From the IMG/VR virus record IMGVR_UViG_3300011116_000225, positions 5,408 through 69,407 of that record: a DNA stretch of 64,000 nt, one strand, 5' to 3'. This document shows, piece after piece, positions 25,493-34,987 of the stretch; positions within the stretch are counted from its first letter, which is position 1, and every line of letters starts with the position of its first letter. The notes under the pieces are model-generated. The model had not been told where the DNA came from. It made no database searches and was given only the letters and a program-made list of their open reading frames with translations. Made by a program: the position numbers and the translations under genes. Source of the DNA: a virus.

Positions 25493-25644
25493 AGGCCGGT
25501 TTGTACGCCAATATCCACGCCAAGCAGGCACGCATTGCGGCTGGCTCCAAAGAGAAGATGAGAAAGCCTGGCTCGCCAGGCGCTCCCACTGCCAAGGCTT
25601 TCAAGCAGGCAGCCAAGACGGCCAAAGTGGCCAAGAAGAAATGA
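25489..25644 (+). CDS. Small Lys-rich protein
   Basis: MKAGLYANIHAK...MRKPG.PGAPT; ATGA overlap; copy-1 only. Confidence 0.7.
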   Translation: MKAGLYANIHAKQARIAAGSKEKMRKPGSPGAPTAKAFKQAAKTAKVAKKK

Positions 25645-25892
25645 TCAAGCGCGGATCTGAGACGTTCTCAGGCTACAACACGCCCAAGCGCACGCCTGGC
25701 CACAAGACCAAGAGTCATGCGGTGCTGGCGAAGTCTGGGGACGAGGTCAAGCTCATCAGGTTTGGGCAGCAGGGTGTGACTGGGTCCCCTGATGGGTCCA
25801 AGAGAAACGAGGCCTTCAAGGCCAGGCACGCGAAGAACATTGCCAAGGGCAAGATGAGCGCGGCATACTGGGCAGACCGCGTTAAGTGGTGA
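25641..25892 (+). CDS. Small basic protein
   Basis: GYNTPKRTP..KSHAVLA..IRFGQQG..FKARH..SAAYWA; conserved at 60345. Confidence 0.8.
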   Translation: MIKRGSETFSGYNTPKRTPGHKTKSHAVLAKSGDEVKLIRFGQQGVTGSPDGSKRNEAFKARHAKNIAKGKMSAAYWADRVKW

Positions 25893-25915
25893 ATAAATTG
25901 AAATGGTGAGGACAT

Positions 25916-26422
25916 ATGGCAACTAAAGACTATGAACGCGCAGCCGAGCAGATGATGAAGGCCAACGGCGCCAAGTGCCCGGTGGCTACTCAAGACATTA
26001 CGGTGAACTTGAAGAACCGTGGCAAGGCCATCAATTCGGCAGAGTACGGCCCTGAGAACCCGGCACTGCCAAATAAGCAGTTTTGGATGAAAAAGGCAAA
26101 CACCTGGGAAGTGAGCGAGAAAGACGCTAAGACCTGTCTTTGCGGTAACTGCGCCGCATTCAATCAAGAGAAGTCAATGCTTGACTGCATCGCCAAGGGC
26201 ATTGGGGATGAGGGTGACCCTTGGGCCATGATCGAGGCCGGGGACCTGGGTTACTGCGAGATCTTTGACTTCAAGTGCGCATCGAGTCGTACTTGTGATG
26301 CCTGGGTTGCTGGTGGTGACCAGGCTGACGGTGAAGACAATGGCCAAGAGTACGGTGGAAACGACATGGGTTCTGCCGGTATGGGGTCGCTGATCACGAT
26401 CAATGTTGAGGGTAAGGATTGA
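25916..26422 (+). CDS. Cys-rich protein with acidic tail
   Basis: CGNC...GYC..FDFKC...TCDAW (possible metal binding); conserved at 60603. Confidence 0.75.
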   Translation: MATKDYERAAEQMMKANGAKCPVATQDITVNLKNRGKAINSAEYGPENPALPNKQFWMKKANTWEVSEKDAKTCLCGNCAAFNQEKSMLDCIAKGIGDEGDPWAMIEAGDLGYCEIFDFKCASSRTCDAWVAGGDQADGEDNGQEYGGNDMGSAGMGSLITINVEGKD

Positions 26423-27114
26423 TCGCACCCATCGCTGTTGCCACGGTCAAGGGCAAGTGCTTGCGCATGATGATGATGAGTGTGCGCGAGTACGCCAGCG
26501 AAGTGCCCATTTATTTGCGCGGCCCTGAGTCAGTCATTGGCCCACATGATGCCGATCACCAGATCCACGGCCAACCGTCTACGTTTGGCGAGTGCTACAA
26601 CGAGGTGATTGATGCCGTCTTTGCTGACGGGTTTGATTCTGTCGTTGTGGCCAATGATGACATTGTGCTCACGCCCACAAGTTACCAAGTACTGATGGAT
26701 GACGTGGCGCTGCTCAAGAAAGAGGTGCCCAAGCTGGGCTGGGTGGCCGCTAGGTGTGATGCGTCCAGGGCTACGCAAAACATCAGGTCTAACCCGTTTG
26801 GTGAGGATCTGTACTACTTCAAGCACCCCTGGGAAGATCACATCATGCCCATGGAGTGCCCATCTCCCATCTTTGCCTGGATCTCGCGTGAGGCCTGGGA
26901 AGTGGCCAAGTATCCACCGCTGAATTGGTACTCTGATGACGTGCAATGCACAGATTTGCTGGCCGCCGGGTTCCAGCACTACTTGTCCAGGTCATATGTG
27001 CATCACGTTGGCAGCCAGACAATTGGCCTTGATGGCGCCAAGTTGATTCAGCAGGCAACGCCATGGTTGAGAAAGAACCGACCCGAATATGCCAAGCAAT
27101 GGTTTGACACTTAA
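26419..27114 (+). CDS. Glycosyltransferase-like protein (GT-A/GT2 fold)
   Basis: YN..I, VVANDDIVL (DxD-like), WYSDD, YVHHVGSQT. Confidence 0.7.
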   Translation: MIAPIAVATVKGKCLRMMMMSVREYASEVPIYLRGPESVIGPHDADHQIHGQPSTFGECYNEVIDAVFADGFDSVVVANDDIVLTPTSYQVLMDDVALLKKEVPKLGWVAARCDASRATQNIRSNPFGEDLYYFKHPWEDHIMPMECPSPIFAWISREAWEVAKYPPLNWYSDDVQCTDLLAAGFQHYLSRSYVHHVGSQTIGLDGAKLIQQATPWLRKNRPEYAKQWFDT

Positions 27115-27622
27115 CCTGGGATCTGGCCGGGACCGGCGCACTGAGTGCGTGAACGCTGATATTCGCGCCGATGTTGGCGCTGACTGGATCGTTGACATTT
27201 CCAAATTGTCATATGGTGAGGTGGTTCAGTCGCCAATTGATTTGGTGACTATTCGGCCAGGGATGTTTTCAAAGATCATCGCCATTGACGTGCTCGAGCA
27301 TATCCATGACCTGGTCGCGGCCATGACCAATTGCCGGGATCTGCTGGAGATGGGTGGCGAGATGCACATATCAGTACCCTATGACCTGAGTCTGGGTGCT
27401 TGGCAAGACCCCACCCATGTGCGTGCATTCAACGAGAACTCATGGGTTTATTACTGTGCATGGGCTTGGTACTTGGGTTGGACGGGTTCAAGGTTCAACA
27501 TGGAGCACCTGGAGTTTAGATTTAGCCCAGGCACAGACTTAGAATTGCCGCAAGATCAATTGCTGCGCACGCCCAGGGCGGTTGAGTCCATGTATGTGGT
27601 TTTGAAGAAAGTCAAAATATGA
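27089..27622 (+). CDS. Class I SAM-dependent methyltransferase
   Basis: LNLGSG motif I, NADI, DVLEHI, GGEM.I.VP, QDPTH. Confidence 0.8.
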   Translation: MPSNGLTLNLGSGRDRRTECVNADIRADVGADWIVDISKLSYGEVVQSPIDLVTIRPGMFSKIIAIDVLEHIHDLVAAMTNCRDLLEMGGEMHISVPYDLSLGAWQDPTHVRAFNENSWVYYCAWAWYLGWTGSRFNMEHLEFRFSPGTDLELPQDQLLRTPRAVESMYVVLKKVKI

Positions 27623-29811
27623 TCAACGATCTGGAAATTAGCACCGACATTGCGTCCACCGAGCAGATGGACGACAGCGAGCTGCAAGGCATCATCACGT
27701 CTGACCTCGAGGACGCGATCAGCTACATCGATTCGGACCTGAGTCCCATTCGCGCCAAGGGCACCGAGTACTACCGTGGCGACCCCTTTGGCAATGAGGA
27801 AGAGGGGCGCTCCCAGGTTGTGGCCATGGAGGTGCGCGACACGGTGAGCGCCATGATGCCAAGCCTCATGCGCGTGTTTTTCAGCACCGAGAATGTTGTT
27901 GAGTACATCCCCCGTGGACCAGAGGACGTAAAGGGTGCGCAGCAGGCAACTGACTATGCCAACCTGATCTTCACGTCTGACAACAACGGGTTTATGACCA
28001 CCTATGCCTTGTTCAAAGACGCATTGGTGCGCAAATGCGGCATCGCAAAGTACTGGTGGGAAGAAGAGGAAAAGGTCCGCATTGAAGAGTATTCGGGCCT
28101 GGATGACCAGACCCTGCAAATCTTGTCCCAGGAAAATGCCGAGGTCAAGATTGTTGTGTCTTACCCTGACCCGTCAATTTCCCAGGAAATGATCGACCAG
28201 GTCAACGCGCAGGCAATGGCAGCAGGCCAGCCAGCACCGCCCGTGCCCATGATCCATGACGTGCAGATCAAGCGCGTGATCAAAGATGGGCGCGTGCGGA
28301 TCATGGCCGTGCCGCCAGAGGAGCTGGTGATTGATCGCCGGGCACGGTCCTTTGAGGATGCTGCCATCATTGCGCACCGCCAGATGTTGACCGTGGCCGA
28401 TCTGATCGCCATGGGCTATGACGAGGATGAGGTGCGCGACAACCTGACCTCAAACGACCTGGACTCCAACGAGGAGTTTTTGGCGCGACAGCCTTTGAAC
28501 AACATCACGGGCAACAACAACACGACCAACCCTATGATGCAGCGCGTTTTGTACGTTGAGGCGTACTCTCGGGTGGACTATGACGGGGACGGCATCCCCG
28601 AGCTGCGCAAGATCTGCTGCATGGGGTCTGGCTACAACATTGTGCGCAACCTGCCTGCCAGTTATATCCCCTTTGTGGACTTTCCCTGCGATCCAGAACC
28701 CCACACCTCGCCCCTGGAGTCCATGTCGATTTTCGATATCACGCATGATTTGCAAGAGATCAAGTCTGAGATTTTGCGCAACACGCTGGACTCTTTGGCC
28801 CAGTCGATCCACCCCAGGACCGCGATTGTTGAGGGCCAGGTCAACATCGATGACGTGCTCAACAACGAAACGGGTGCCGTGATCAGGATGCGTGCTCCCG
28901 GCATGGTGCAGCCATTCAACACCCCCTTTGTGGGCCAGGCCGCATTTCCCATGCTGGACTATGTGGACCAGATCAAGGAAGACCGCACCGGCATGAGCAA
29001 GGCCGCCATGGGTTTGAACGCTGACGCCTTGCAGTCGAGCACCAAGGCAGCGGTGGCCGCCACCATCAGCGCAAGCCAAGGCCGCATTGAGCTGACCTCG
29101 CGCATCTTGGCCGAGGGCATGAAAAAGCTCTTTAAGGGAATCTTGTTCTTGATCACCACCCACCAGGACAAACCCCGCATGGTGCGGCTGCGCAACGAGT
29201 GGGTGCAGATCGACCCCCGCGCCTGGGACAACTCCATGGACGTGTCGATCAACATTGGTCTGGGCCAGGGTGACGTGAACGAGCGCTTGCAGGGTCTGAT
29301 GATGATCTTGCAAAAGCAAGAGCAGGCCTTGAGCACCATGGGTGCCGATAACCCATTTGTGACCATGACCCAGTTTTCGCGCACGCTGCGCAAGATTGTG
29401 GAATTGTCCGGGTTCAAGGATGCCAGCCAGTACTTCAAGGACGTGCCCGAGGGCTATATGCCGCCTCAGAAACCCGAGCGCCCAACACCAGAACAGGTGC
29501 TGGCCCAGGTTCAGGCCGAGTCCATCCAGGCCGATATTCAGAAAAAGGCTGCCGAGCTTGAATTGAAGCGTGATCAGATGATTCGGGATGATGATTATCG
29601 AAGAGATCAACTCGCCCAGGACTTAATGCTCAAGAAGTACGAGCTTGAGTTAAAGTACGGGGTGCAGATTAGCACTGCCGAGATTGAAGCCCGGCAGGCT
29701 ATGGACAGAGAGGCACTGATCCAGCAGTCAGCTCTCATGGCCCAGGCCATGCAGCAGCCGACCCAGGCACCAGTGCCGCCCATCAACCCTAATAGTGGAA
29801 TGGTTCAATGA
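27619..29811 (+). CDS. Portal protein
   Basis: 730 aa between terL and scaffold; YYRG, EEGRSQVV, FKDAL..KCGI.K motifs. Confidence 0.9.
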   Translation: MINDLEISTDIASTEQMDDSELQGIITSDLEDAISYIDSDLSPIRAKGTEYYRGDPFGNEEEGRSQVVAMEVRDTVSAMMPSLMRVFFSTENVVEYIPRGPEDVKGAQQATDYANLIFTSDNNGFMTTYALFKDALVRKCGIAKYWWEEEEKVRIEEYSGLDDQTLQILSQENAEVKIVVSYPDPSISQEMIDQVNAQAMAAGQPAPPVPMIHDVQIKRVIKDGRVRIMAVPPEELVIDRRARSFEDAAIIAHRQMLTVADLIAMGYDEDEVRDNLTSNDLDSNEEFLARQPLNNITGNNNTTNPMMQRVLYVEAYSRVDYDGDGIPELRKICCMGSGYNIVRNLPASYIPFVDFPCDPEPHTSPLESMSIFDITHDLQEIKSEILRNTLDSLAQSIHPRTAIVEGQVNIDDVLNNETGAVIRMRAPGMVQPFNTPFVGQAAFPMLDYVDQIKEDRTGMSKAAMGLNADALQSSTKAAVAATISASQGRIELTSRILAEGMKKLFKGILFLITTHQDKPRMVRLRNEWVQIDPRAWDNSMDVSINIGLGQGDVNERLQGLMMILQKQEQALSTMGADNPFVTMTQFSRTLRKIVELSGFKDASQYFKDVPEGYMPPQKPERPTPEQVLAQVQAESIQADIQKKAAELELKRDQMIRDDDYRRDQLAQDLMLKKYELELKYGVQISTAEIEARQAMDREALIQQSALMAQAMQQPTQAPVPPINPNSGMVQ

Positions 29812-30068
29812 ACGAAGATCAAGTGCGTAAGGGCCGCAAGGCCGAGCAGTTGCTGCAAGACGAGGTCTTTGCGGCTGCGCTGGAAAAGCTCGAAAACGAG
29901 CAGTTGTGGGCATTCAAGGGCAGCAAGCCTGAGGAGGCCGACAAGCGCGAACAAGCATACGCAATGATCAAGGCCATTGAGTTGTTCAAGACCGAAGTCA
30001 CCAAGATGGTGGACAACGGCAAACTGGCGCAGCGAGCAATTGAACGCGCCCAGAAAGTCACCGTATGA
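29808..30068 (+). CDS. Small conserved head-region protein
   Basis: Between portal and scaffold, ATGA coupled. Confidence 0.7.
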   Translation: MNEDQVRKGRKAEQLLQDEVFAAALEKLENEQLWAFKGSKPEEADKREQAYAMIKAIELFKTEVTKMVDNGKLAQRAIERAQKVTV

Positions 30069-31060
30069 GCACGCAGGCAGCACAAGTAAGCGCCCCTGCG
30101 GGTCCAATGAATTTGGCCGAAGCGGCCAACGCTCTCGAGGGAATACTGCCAGTTGATGGAGAACAGTCGCCCGAAGAGACGCAGTTGCCAGAGTCCGAAG
30201 AGGATGATGGCGCGGCCTTGAGCGAAGAATTGTCAGCGGATGCAGACGCTGCTGACGAGGAAACGCAAGAGGAACAGTCCGAGGAAGATGAGGAATCTGA
30301 GGAGCAAGAACAGCCACAGGCTTTCACCGTCAAGGTTGACGGCAAAGAAGTTGAGGTGACGCTGGACGAGCTGCAAAAAGGTTACTCGCGGACCCAGGAC
30401 TACACACGCAAAACGCAGCAGATCGCCGAGATCAGGAAACAGGTCGAGGTTGAGACTGAGGCAGTGCGTGCCGAACGTGCGCAATACGCACAGATGTTGG
30501 GAGCGTTACAGGCCCAGCTCCAGAGTGCCGACACACAGATCGATTGGGACCGTCTTTACCAAGAAGACCCCATCGAATGGGTGCGGCAAAAAGAGGTGAT
30601 GCGTGAGAAACAGGAAAAGCTCCAAGCTATTCAGTTTGAACAGCAGCGAGTTGCCCAGCTCACGCAGCAAGAACAGCAGCAGCATTTTCAGACGCATTTG
30701 CAAGAGCAGCATTCAAAGCTGCTCGAGGTCATTCCTGAATGGAAAGACGTGGCAAAGGCGAAAACAGAAAAGCAGCTACTGGTCGAATTCGGTAAAAAAA
30801 CTGGATTTTCTCCCGAGGAGTTGAGTGCCATTGTGGATCACAGGGCTGTCGTTGCGTTGCGTAAAGCAGCGCTCTACGACCAGATGATGACCAAGCGAAA
30901 AGCAATCACCCCCGTGACCAATAACGGTCCACGGCCAGCCAAGCCAGGTGCAGCAGGCCGGGTCTCCCAAACAACTGAAGCAGTGCGTGCAAAACAGCGT
31001 CTCGCAAAGACTGGCCGTGTCGATGATGCGGCCTCCGCAATCTACCAACTTTTGAGGTAA
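30065..31060 (+). CDS. Capsid scaffolding protein
   Basis: Acidic N-terminus, TVKVDGKEVEVTLDEL.KGY.R.QDYTRKTQ, C-terminal KTGRVDDAA. Confidence 0.85.
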   Translation: MSTQAAQVSAPAGPMNLAEAANALEGILPVDGEQSPEETQLPESEEDDGAALSEELSADADAADEETQEEQSEEDEESEEQEQPQAFTVKVDGKEVEVTLDELQKGYSRTQDYTRKTQQIAEIRKQVEVETEAVRAERAQYAQMLGALQAQLQSADTQIDWDRLYQEDPIEWVRQKEVMREKQEKLQAIQFEQQRVAQLTQQEQQQHFQTHLQEQHSKLLEVIPEWKDVAKAKTEKQLLVEFGKKTGFSPEELSAIVDHRAVVALRKAALYDQMMTKRKAITPVTNNGPRPAKPGAAGRVSQTTEAVRAKQRLAKTGRVDDAASAIYQLLR

Positions 31061-31064
31061 CACC

Positions 31065-32027
31065 ATGACAATCGTAAGCAACACCTTTACGACCTACTCT
31101 GCAAAGGGTATTCGGGAAGATTTGAGCAATGTGATCACCAACATCGCTCCCGAAGAAACTCCATTCCAATCCAACATTGGCCGCGAAACCATCTCCAACA
31201 CTCTGTTTGAATTCCAAACAGATACCCTGGCAGATGCCGCAGCAAATGCGCAGCTCGAGGGTGATGACGTTGGCACCTTTGACTCTGTTGTCGCAACTGT
31301 GCGCGTGACCAATTACGCTCAGATCAGTCGTAAAACTATTGTTCTCTCTAACACAGAGGAAGTAGTTAATAAGGCAGGCAGACGCAGTGAGCTTGCTTAT
31401 CAAATTGCGAAAAGAGGCAGCGAGCTAAAGCGCGATCAAGAATTCATTTTCTTGAACGGCGGCATTGCTGTTGCAGGCAACACCACCACTGCTCGCGTGA
31501 CCGCATCCTTGGGCGCGTTTGTCAAGACCAACACTGACAAGCAGACCAACGGTGTCGATCCCAGCTATACCACGCTGCCCAACAGCGCTCGCACTGACGG
31601 CAACGTGCGTACCTTCACCGAGACGATCTTGAAGAACGTCATTCAAAAGGTGTGGTCCGCTGGCGGTACTCCGAAGATCCTGATGGTTGGCCCTGTCAAC
31701 AAGCAGCGCGTCTCTGGTTTCTCTGGCATTGCATCTTCACGTTTCAACATTGATGGCGGCGCAAAACCCGCGACATTGATTGGCGCTGTAGATATTTATG
31801 TCTCAGATTTCGGGAATGTGAGTACTATAGCTAACAGGTTCCAACGTGAGCGTGATGCATGGGTGCTTGATCCCGACTATGCCAAGATGGTTGTGCTGCG
31901 TCCTTACCAGCAAGTTGAGTTGGCAAAGACTGGTGACGCTGAGAAGCGTATGTTGTTGATCGAATACGGCTTAAAAATCACGGCTGAAAATGCCCATGGT
32001 TTGGCGGCTGACTTGATCACTTCTTGA
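31065..32027 (+). CDS. Major capsid protein (DUF5309/SU10-like)
   Basis: REDLSNVI.NI.PEETPF, NY.QI.RK, ELKRD.E, YVSDFG, LAKTGD motifs. Confidence 0.9.
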   Translation: MTIVSNTFTTYSAKGIREDLSNVITNIAPEETPFQSNIGRETISNTLFEFQTDTLADAAANAQLEGDDVGTFDSVVATVRVTNYAQISRKTIVLSNTEEVVNKAGRRSELAYQIAKRGSELKRDQEFIFLNGGIAVAGNTTTARVTASLGAFVKTNTDKQTNGVDPSYTTLPNSARTDGNVRTFTETILKNVIQKVWSAGGTPKILMVGPVNKQRVSGFSGIASSRFNIDGGAKPATLIGAVDIYVSDFGNVSTIANRFQRERDAWVLDPDYAKMVVLRPYQQVELAKTGDAEKRMLLIEYGLKITAENAHGLAADLITS

Positions 32028-32043
32028 TAACTGACTAGGAGAC

Positions 32044-32069
32044 GGGGCCAGGGAAACCTGGCCCCTCTT
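32044..32069 (+). terminator. Hairpin after capsid gene (weak terminator or mRNA stabiliser)
   Basis: GGGGCCAGG-GAAA-CCTGGCCCC, poor U-tract. Confidence 0.5.
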
Positions 32070-32071
32070 AC

Positions 32072-32386
32072 ATGGACAAAAAAATTCTTGATGTAAGCCC
32101 CGACACGGGGATCACTCGCACCTGGCACTACAACGCAGACACTGACGAGGCGACTATCCAGACCTCTCAGGACGTGACTGATGTGATCGAGGCCAACAAG
32201 CGTGACTTTGCAGCGATTGACAACAGGGCCAACTGGCAAGGCGAGTGGCATCATGTCGCCAGCATCCCAGAGTCTTTGTATTACAAGCTCAAGGCCGAAG
32301 GCAAGCTCGATGACCAGGCTTACATGAAGAAGTGGCTTAATGACCCCGACAATCGATTCTTTCGCGTGAGGCCCGGCCAAGTATGA
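32072..32386 (+). CDS. Conserved phage head-region protein
   Basis: QDV..VIE.NK, HVASIP, KWLNDPDN.FFR. Confidence 0.75.
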   Translation: MDKKILDVSPDTGITRTWHYNADTDEATIQTSQDVTDVIEANKRDFAAIDNRANWQGEWHHVASIPESLYYKLKAEGKLDDQAYMKKWLNDPDNRFFRVRPGQV

Positions 32387-33036
32387 ACTACATCGCGGTT
32401 TGCACGCCAGCGCGTGACCAAGTCCACACCAACTACACCTACTGCATGGTCAACATGGTGGCGTATCACACGCTCAACACCACTGATGCCATCAGTCTGA
32501 AACTGTTGCAGGGAACGCTGATTCAGAACCAGCGTGCTGACTTGTGCCTGGATGCGTTGCGTGAGGGTTGCACGCACATCTTGTTCATCGACTCTGACAT
32601 GACCTTCCCCCAGGACATGATCCAGCGGCTGCTGAAACATGACGTTGACCTGGTTGCGGCCAACTGCGCCAGACGCAGAATGCCCACAGGTCCAACCGCG
32701 CAAAACTATGACGAGAACGGCAAGCGCAAACCCGTCTATTCGATGCCAGAATCAACTGGTCTTGAAGAGGTTGGCAGCGTTGGCACCGGCATCATGCTGA
32801 TTAAGCGCAACGTCTTTGAGGGCATGAGCGAACCCTGGTTCGATATGCCTTGGCAGTACGACACGCGAGGCTACATGGGCGAGGACGTGTTCTTTTGCAA
32901 GAAGGCGCAAGAGCTTGGGTTCAAGGTGTATATTGACCATGACGTGAGCAAAGAGATCGGCCACATTGGCACGTTTGAATTTAAGCATGAGCACACCTGG
33001 ATCGTCAAAGAGGAAATGGAAAAAGAGGCAAGCTGA
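32383..33036 (+). CDS. Glycosyltransferase-like protein (GT-A fold)
   Basis: THILFIDSDM.FP DxD, GTG.MLI, GEDVFFC, HIG. Confidence 0.75.
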   Translation: MNYIAVCTPARDQVHTNYTYCMVNMVAYHTLNTTDAISLKLLQGTLIQNQRADLCLDALREGCTHILFIDSDMTFPQDMIQRLLKHDVDLVAANCARRRMPTGPTAQNYDENGKRKPVYSMPESTGLEEVGSVGTGIMLIKRNVFEGMSEPWFDMPWQYDTRGYMGEDVFFCKKAQELGFKVYIDHDVSKEIGHIGTFEFKHEHTWIVKEEMEKEAS

Positions 33037-33659
33037 TGGCACTGACTACATATACCGAGCTGAAAACATCAGTTGGCGACTGGCTCAACCGCACCGACCT
33101 GACAACGGTCATCCCTGACTTTATTGCGCTGGCCGAGGCTCAGATCGAGAGACAACTGCGCACCCGGCAGATGATCGTGAGATCCACGGCATCGATTGCC
33201 ACCGAGTACAGCGCGGTGCCTGATGATTTTCTGGAGACAAAGTCCATCAAGCTCACCGGCACAAACCCCGTCACGCCTTTGGGCTTTGAGACGATTGATT
33301 CACTTGACTCCTTGAGTGTGCAGTACCGATCCAGCGGCGTGCCGATCTTCTTTGGCATTGTCGGCGGCCAGATCCGAGTGCTGCCGATCCCTGACGCTGC
33401 CTACACCGCAGAGCTGGCGTATTACGCCAAGTTGTCAAAGTTGTCATCTACCGTGTCAACCAACTGGCTGCTGGCGCAAGCACCTGACGTTTACCTGTAC
33501 GGTGCATTGCTCCAGGCTGCGCCTTACCTGCAAGATGATGCGAGAATTACGGTGTGGTCAGCGCTGTACCAAGCAGGCCTGGATCAGTTGCAGATTGCAG
33601 ATGATCGAGGTTCAACAAGTGGCGGTGCATTGCTGACCAGGGCAAAAACATTTGGGTGA
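33036..33659 (+). CDS. Head-tail adaptor / tail tubular protein
   Basis: YTELKT.V.DWLNR.DL...FI.LAEA, NWLL..APD.YLYG. Confidence 0.7.
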   Translation: MALTTYTELKTSVGDWLNRTDLTTVIPDFIALAEAQIERQLRTRQMIVRSTASIATEYSAVPDDFLETKSIKLTGTNPVTPLGFETIDSLDSLSVQYRSSGVPIFFGIVGGQIRVLPIPDAAYTAELAYYAKLSKLSSTVSTNWLLAQAPDVYLYGALLQAAPYLQDDARITVWSALYQAGLDQLQIADDRGSTSGGALLTRAKTFG

Positions 33660-33663
33660 TTAA

Positions 33664-33849
33664 ATGGTAACGACAACCAAGGGCGAGATGGACGAGTCAT
33701 TGCTTGAAAAGCGTGAGGGGTCTGTTGATACTAATACCGAGACAACGAGCTGGGTTGAGTATTGGCATGAGGGTGAGTTGGTCCATCGATCAGTCAACAT
33801 GGTGCTAAAGCGCGGCGTCTTTGCCGATGGCATCAGTCAACAAATTTGA
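33664..33849 (+). CDS. Hypothetical protein
   Basis: 61-aa ORF in the structural operon. Confidence 0.6.
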   Translation: MVTTTKGEMDESLLEKREGSVDTNTETTSWVEYWHEGELVHRSVNMVLKRGVFADGISQQI

Positions 33850-33859
33850 GAGGTAAATC

Positions 33860-34315
33860 ATGGCGAATACTCAGGCAATGTGCACGAGCTTCAAAGGCGA
33901 GCTGCTTGTCGGCCACCACAACTTTGGCACTGGCGTTGTCCGAGGCGCCACCACGGCAGACACTTTCAAGGCTGCGCTGTACCTAGCCTCTGCCACCGTC
34001 AACGCAACCACCACGGCCTACAGCGCGACAAATGAAGTGTCTGGCACCGGGTACACGGCTGGTGGCGTCACAGTGACCTTTGGCACGGCCCCAAGCACCT
34101 CTGGGACCACGGCATTCGTTACCCCCAGCGCCAGCATTGCCTACACCTCAGTGACTCTCTCCACGGCCTTTGACGCAGTCCTGATCTACAACTCGACCCA
34201 GTCAAACAAGGCAGTCAGCGTCCACACTTTCGGCAGCCAGACCGTGACTGCTGGAACCTTCACGCTGACCATGCCAACCAATGATGCAAGCACCGGCCTG
34301 ATCCGGCTGGCGTAA
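33860..34315 (+). CDS. Tail/structural protein
   Basis: AMCTSFK.ELL, FKAALY, NEVSGTGYTAGG, LIYN motifs. Confidence 0.7.
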   Translation: MANTQAMCTSFKGELLVGHHNFGTGVVRGATTADTFKAALYLASATVNATTTAYSATNEVSGTGYTAGGVTVTFGTAPSTSGTTAFVTPSASIAYTSVTLSTAFDAVLIYNSTQSNKAVSVHTFGSQTVTAGTFTLTMPTNDASTGLIRLA

Positions 34316-34330
34316 CGCAGGGGCAGCACC

Positions 34331-34978
34331 ATGGCTGCTTACGGCACAGGCTATTACGGCAAGGGCGTCTACAACATTGGCAATGTTGTCATCAGTGGCA
34401 ACGCTGCCACTGGTGCCGTTGGCAGCGTCCTAGCCAGCAGATCAATTCAGGAAGATGGGACCATTGCCACCGGCAATGTCGGTACCGTCACGCTCACCAT
34501 CACCATTGCCATCACGGGCAATGCAGCCACTTGTGCCGTTGGCACGCTGGCGCCAGATTCATCCCAAGCAGTCACCGGCAATGCGGCCACACTGGCCGTG
34601 GGCACTGTTGCGCCTGCTAGGTCAATAGACCTCAGTGGCAATTCGGCCACTGGTGCGGTTGGTTCTGCTGAGGTGGGATACCCGGTTGACATTTCTGGCA
34701 ACTCATCAACAGGATCTGTCGGCACTATGTCGGCAAGTATTGTTTTCTCGCAGGCCATTACAAGTGTTTCCGCTACTGGTGGCGTCGGCAGTGCGTCAAA
34801 TGTCATTGCAGTTGCGATAATCGGCAATGAGGCATCTGGATCTGTTGGGTCCATGATTGGTTTTGGATGGGGAGTTATTCAAGACACGGCAGAGACATGG
34901 ACTCCAGAGTCTGACACGTCAGAGACCTGGACACAGATCGCAGACAATTCAGAAACATGGACGCAAGTCCCAGCATGA
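34331..34978 (+). CDS. Tail fibre-associated protein with G/N/A/T repeats
   Basis: Repeated (I/V)(S/T)GN(A/S)ATG.VG units. Confidence 0.65.
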   Translation: MAAYGTGYYGKGVYNIGNVVISGNAATGAVGSVLASRSIQEDGTIATGNVGTVTLTITIAITGNAATCAVGTLAPDSSQAVTGNAATLAVGTVAPARSIDLSGNSATGAVGSAEVGYPVDISGNSSTGSVGTMSASIVFSQAITSVSATGGVGSASNVIAVAIIGNEASGSVGSMIGFGWGVIQDTAETWTPESDTSETWTQIADNSETWTQVPA

Positions 34979-34987
34979 AAGTGAACT

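Larger units (their letters stand above)
1371..29310 (+). repeat. Phage genome unit, copy 1 (segment homologous to 36478-64000)
   Basis: Gene-by-gene synteny with near-identical proteins (e.g. terL 23653 vs 58679; endolysin 3339 vs 38452; portal 27619 vs 62309). Confidence 0.97.

Noticed and set aside
28450-29610. Long antisense ORF (386 aa) and similar minus-strand ORFs over structural genes
   Set aside because: Shadow frames of GC-rich sense genes; not conserved in length in copy 2 (204 aa at 63239-63853)
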